Shown: positions 63,732 through 64,000 of the stretch, one piece after another | How the letters are laid out: each line of letters starts with the position of its first letter | Numbering within the stretch: position 1 is the stretch's first letter | Assembly (NCBI GenBank): GCA_036651815.1 | Contig: JAVVXB010000005.1 | Span: forward strand, 2,107 to 66,106 | Origin: Clostridia bacterium | GTDB taxonomy: Bacteria; Bacillota; Clostridia; Christensenellales; CAG-138 | DNA: 64,000 nucleotides | Direction of reading: 5' to 3' | Program-made: the position numbers and the translations under genes | Notes under the pieces: model-generated | What the model was told of the DNA's origin: nothing | Database searches by the model: none | Seen by the model: only the letters and a program-made list of their open reading frames with translations

Positions 63732-64000
63732 TTATATGAACCATAACTCCGCGTTGGATGTCGTTATTCCCATTGCGCCCGCGCGAAGAAGCTCGACAAT
63801 ATCTTCTTTGTCGGATATCAGCCCACCTACAATCACCGGCTTTTCACTGATGGCAACTATTTTTCTCACGATCTTTGGCATAAGCCCCGGGATGATCTCA
63901 ATCATATCCGTAAACTGGTTGGTCAATTGGCGTTCAATGTTCTCCAGAGCCCGTGAATCCAGCAAAAAGAACCGCTGAACAGTCAACAATCCCTGCGCCT
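63732..64000 (-). CDS. glpP: GlpP-family (glycerol-3-phosphate-responsive type) antiterminator, C-terminal part; N-terminus beyond the window
   Basis: The frame is open to base 64000. ...QRFFLLDSRALE...IEIIPGLMPKIVRKIVAISEKPVIVGGLISDKEDIVELLRAGAMGITTSNAELW resembles the G3P_antiterm family. Confidence 0.65.
   Translation of the reverse strand, partial: AQGLLTVQRFFLLDSRALENIERQLTNQFTDMIEIIPGLMPKIVRKIVAISEKPVIVGGLISDKEDIVELLRAGAMGITTSNAELWFI

Noticed and set aside
1-64000. Searched by eye for tRNA/rRNA genes, CRISPR arrays, transposases, integrases, reverse transcriptases and phage modules
   Set aside because: No regularly spaced repeats, no T-loop or acceptor-like sequences in the spacers, and no recombinase-like ORFs were seen. 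The window appears to be core chromosome without recognisable mobile elements. Small structured RNAs cannot be excluded without covariance-model searches.

Overview
64-kb chromosomal segment of a Gram-positive, Clostridia-type anaerobe, judged from rnfCDGEAB, sporulation-associated genes (YtxC-like, DUF421/DUF4363, Amidase_3) and lipoprotein-anchored binding proteins. The taxon cannot be resolved from sequence alone. About 60 protein-coding genes are supported. I recognised no rRNA, tRNA, CRISPR array, transposase or integrase. Blocks in order: (1) a glycolipid glycosyltransferase plus CrtO-like acyltransferase pair, divergent from a two-component system (TCS); (2) an orphan anti-sigma kinase/STAS pair; (3) pstSCAB-phoU plus a PhoP/PhoR-type TCS; (4) a nadD-yqeK fusion and a ytxC-like gene; (5) a lipoprotein serpin; (6) MATE, mntP and a radical SAM gene; (7) a PrsA-like lipoprotein, DUF3892, typA and a GNAT; (8) rnfCDGEAB and an amidase; (9) a PLC-like plus SLOG pair, MATE, DUF421/DUF4363, dCMP deaminase and a ThyX-like gene; (10) a maltodextrin-type ABC operon with malQ and a LacI regulator; (11) a rubredoxin-fused flavin oxidoreductase; (12) a TCS followed by an unusual six-gene operon: beta-propeller-like/SBP fusion lipoprotein, two importer permeases, a HlyD-like adaptor, a MacB-core-domain membrane protein and VanZ, with no ATPase; (13) a nucleoside salvage operon (iunH, BMP-type ABC transporter, deoB, deoC, cdd, pdp, cupin) with an attenuator-like leader, downstream of a partial glpP-family antiterminator gene. 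The most unusual items are the composite operon at 45851-52974, a ~120-nt intergenic repeat present at least twice, the serpin with upstream direct repeats, a ThyX-like protein with an altered signature motif, and the GlpP/attenuator arrangement. All functional calls rest on my own reading of motifs in the translations. No database search was run.
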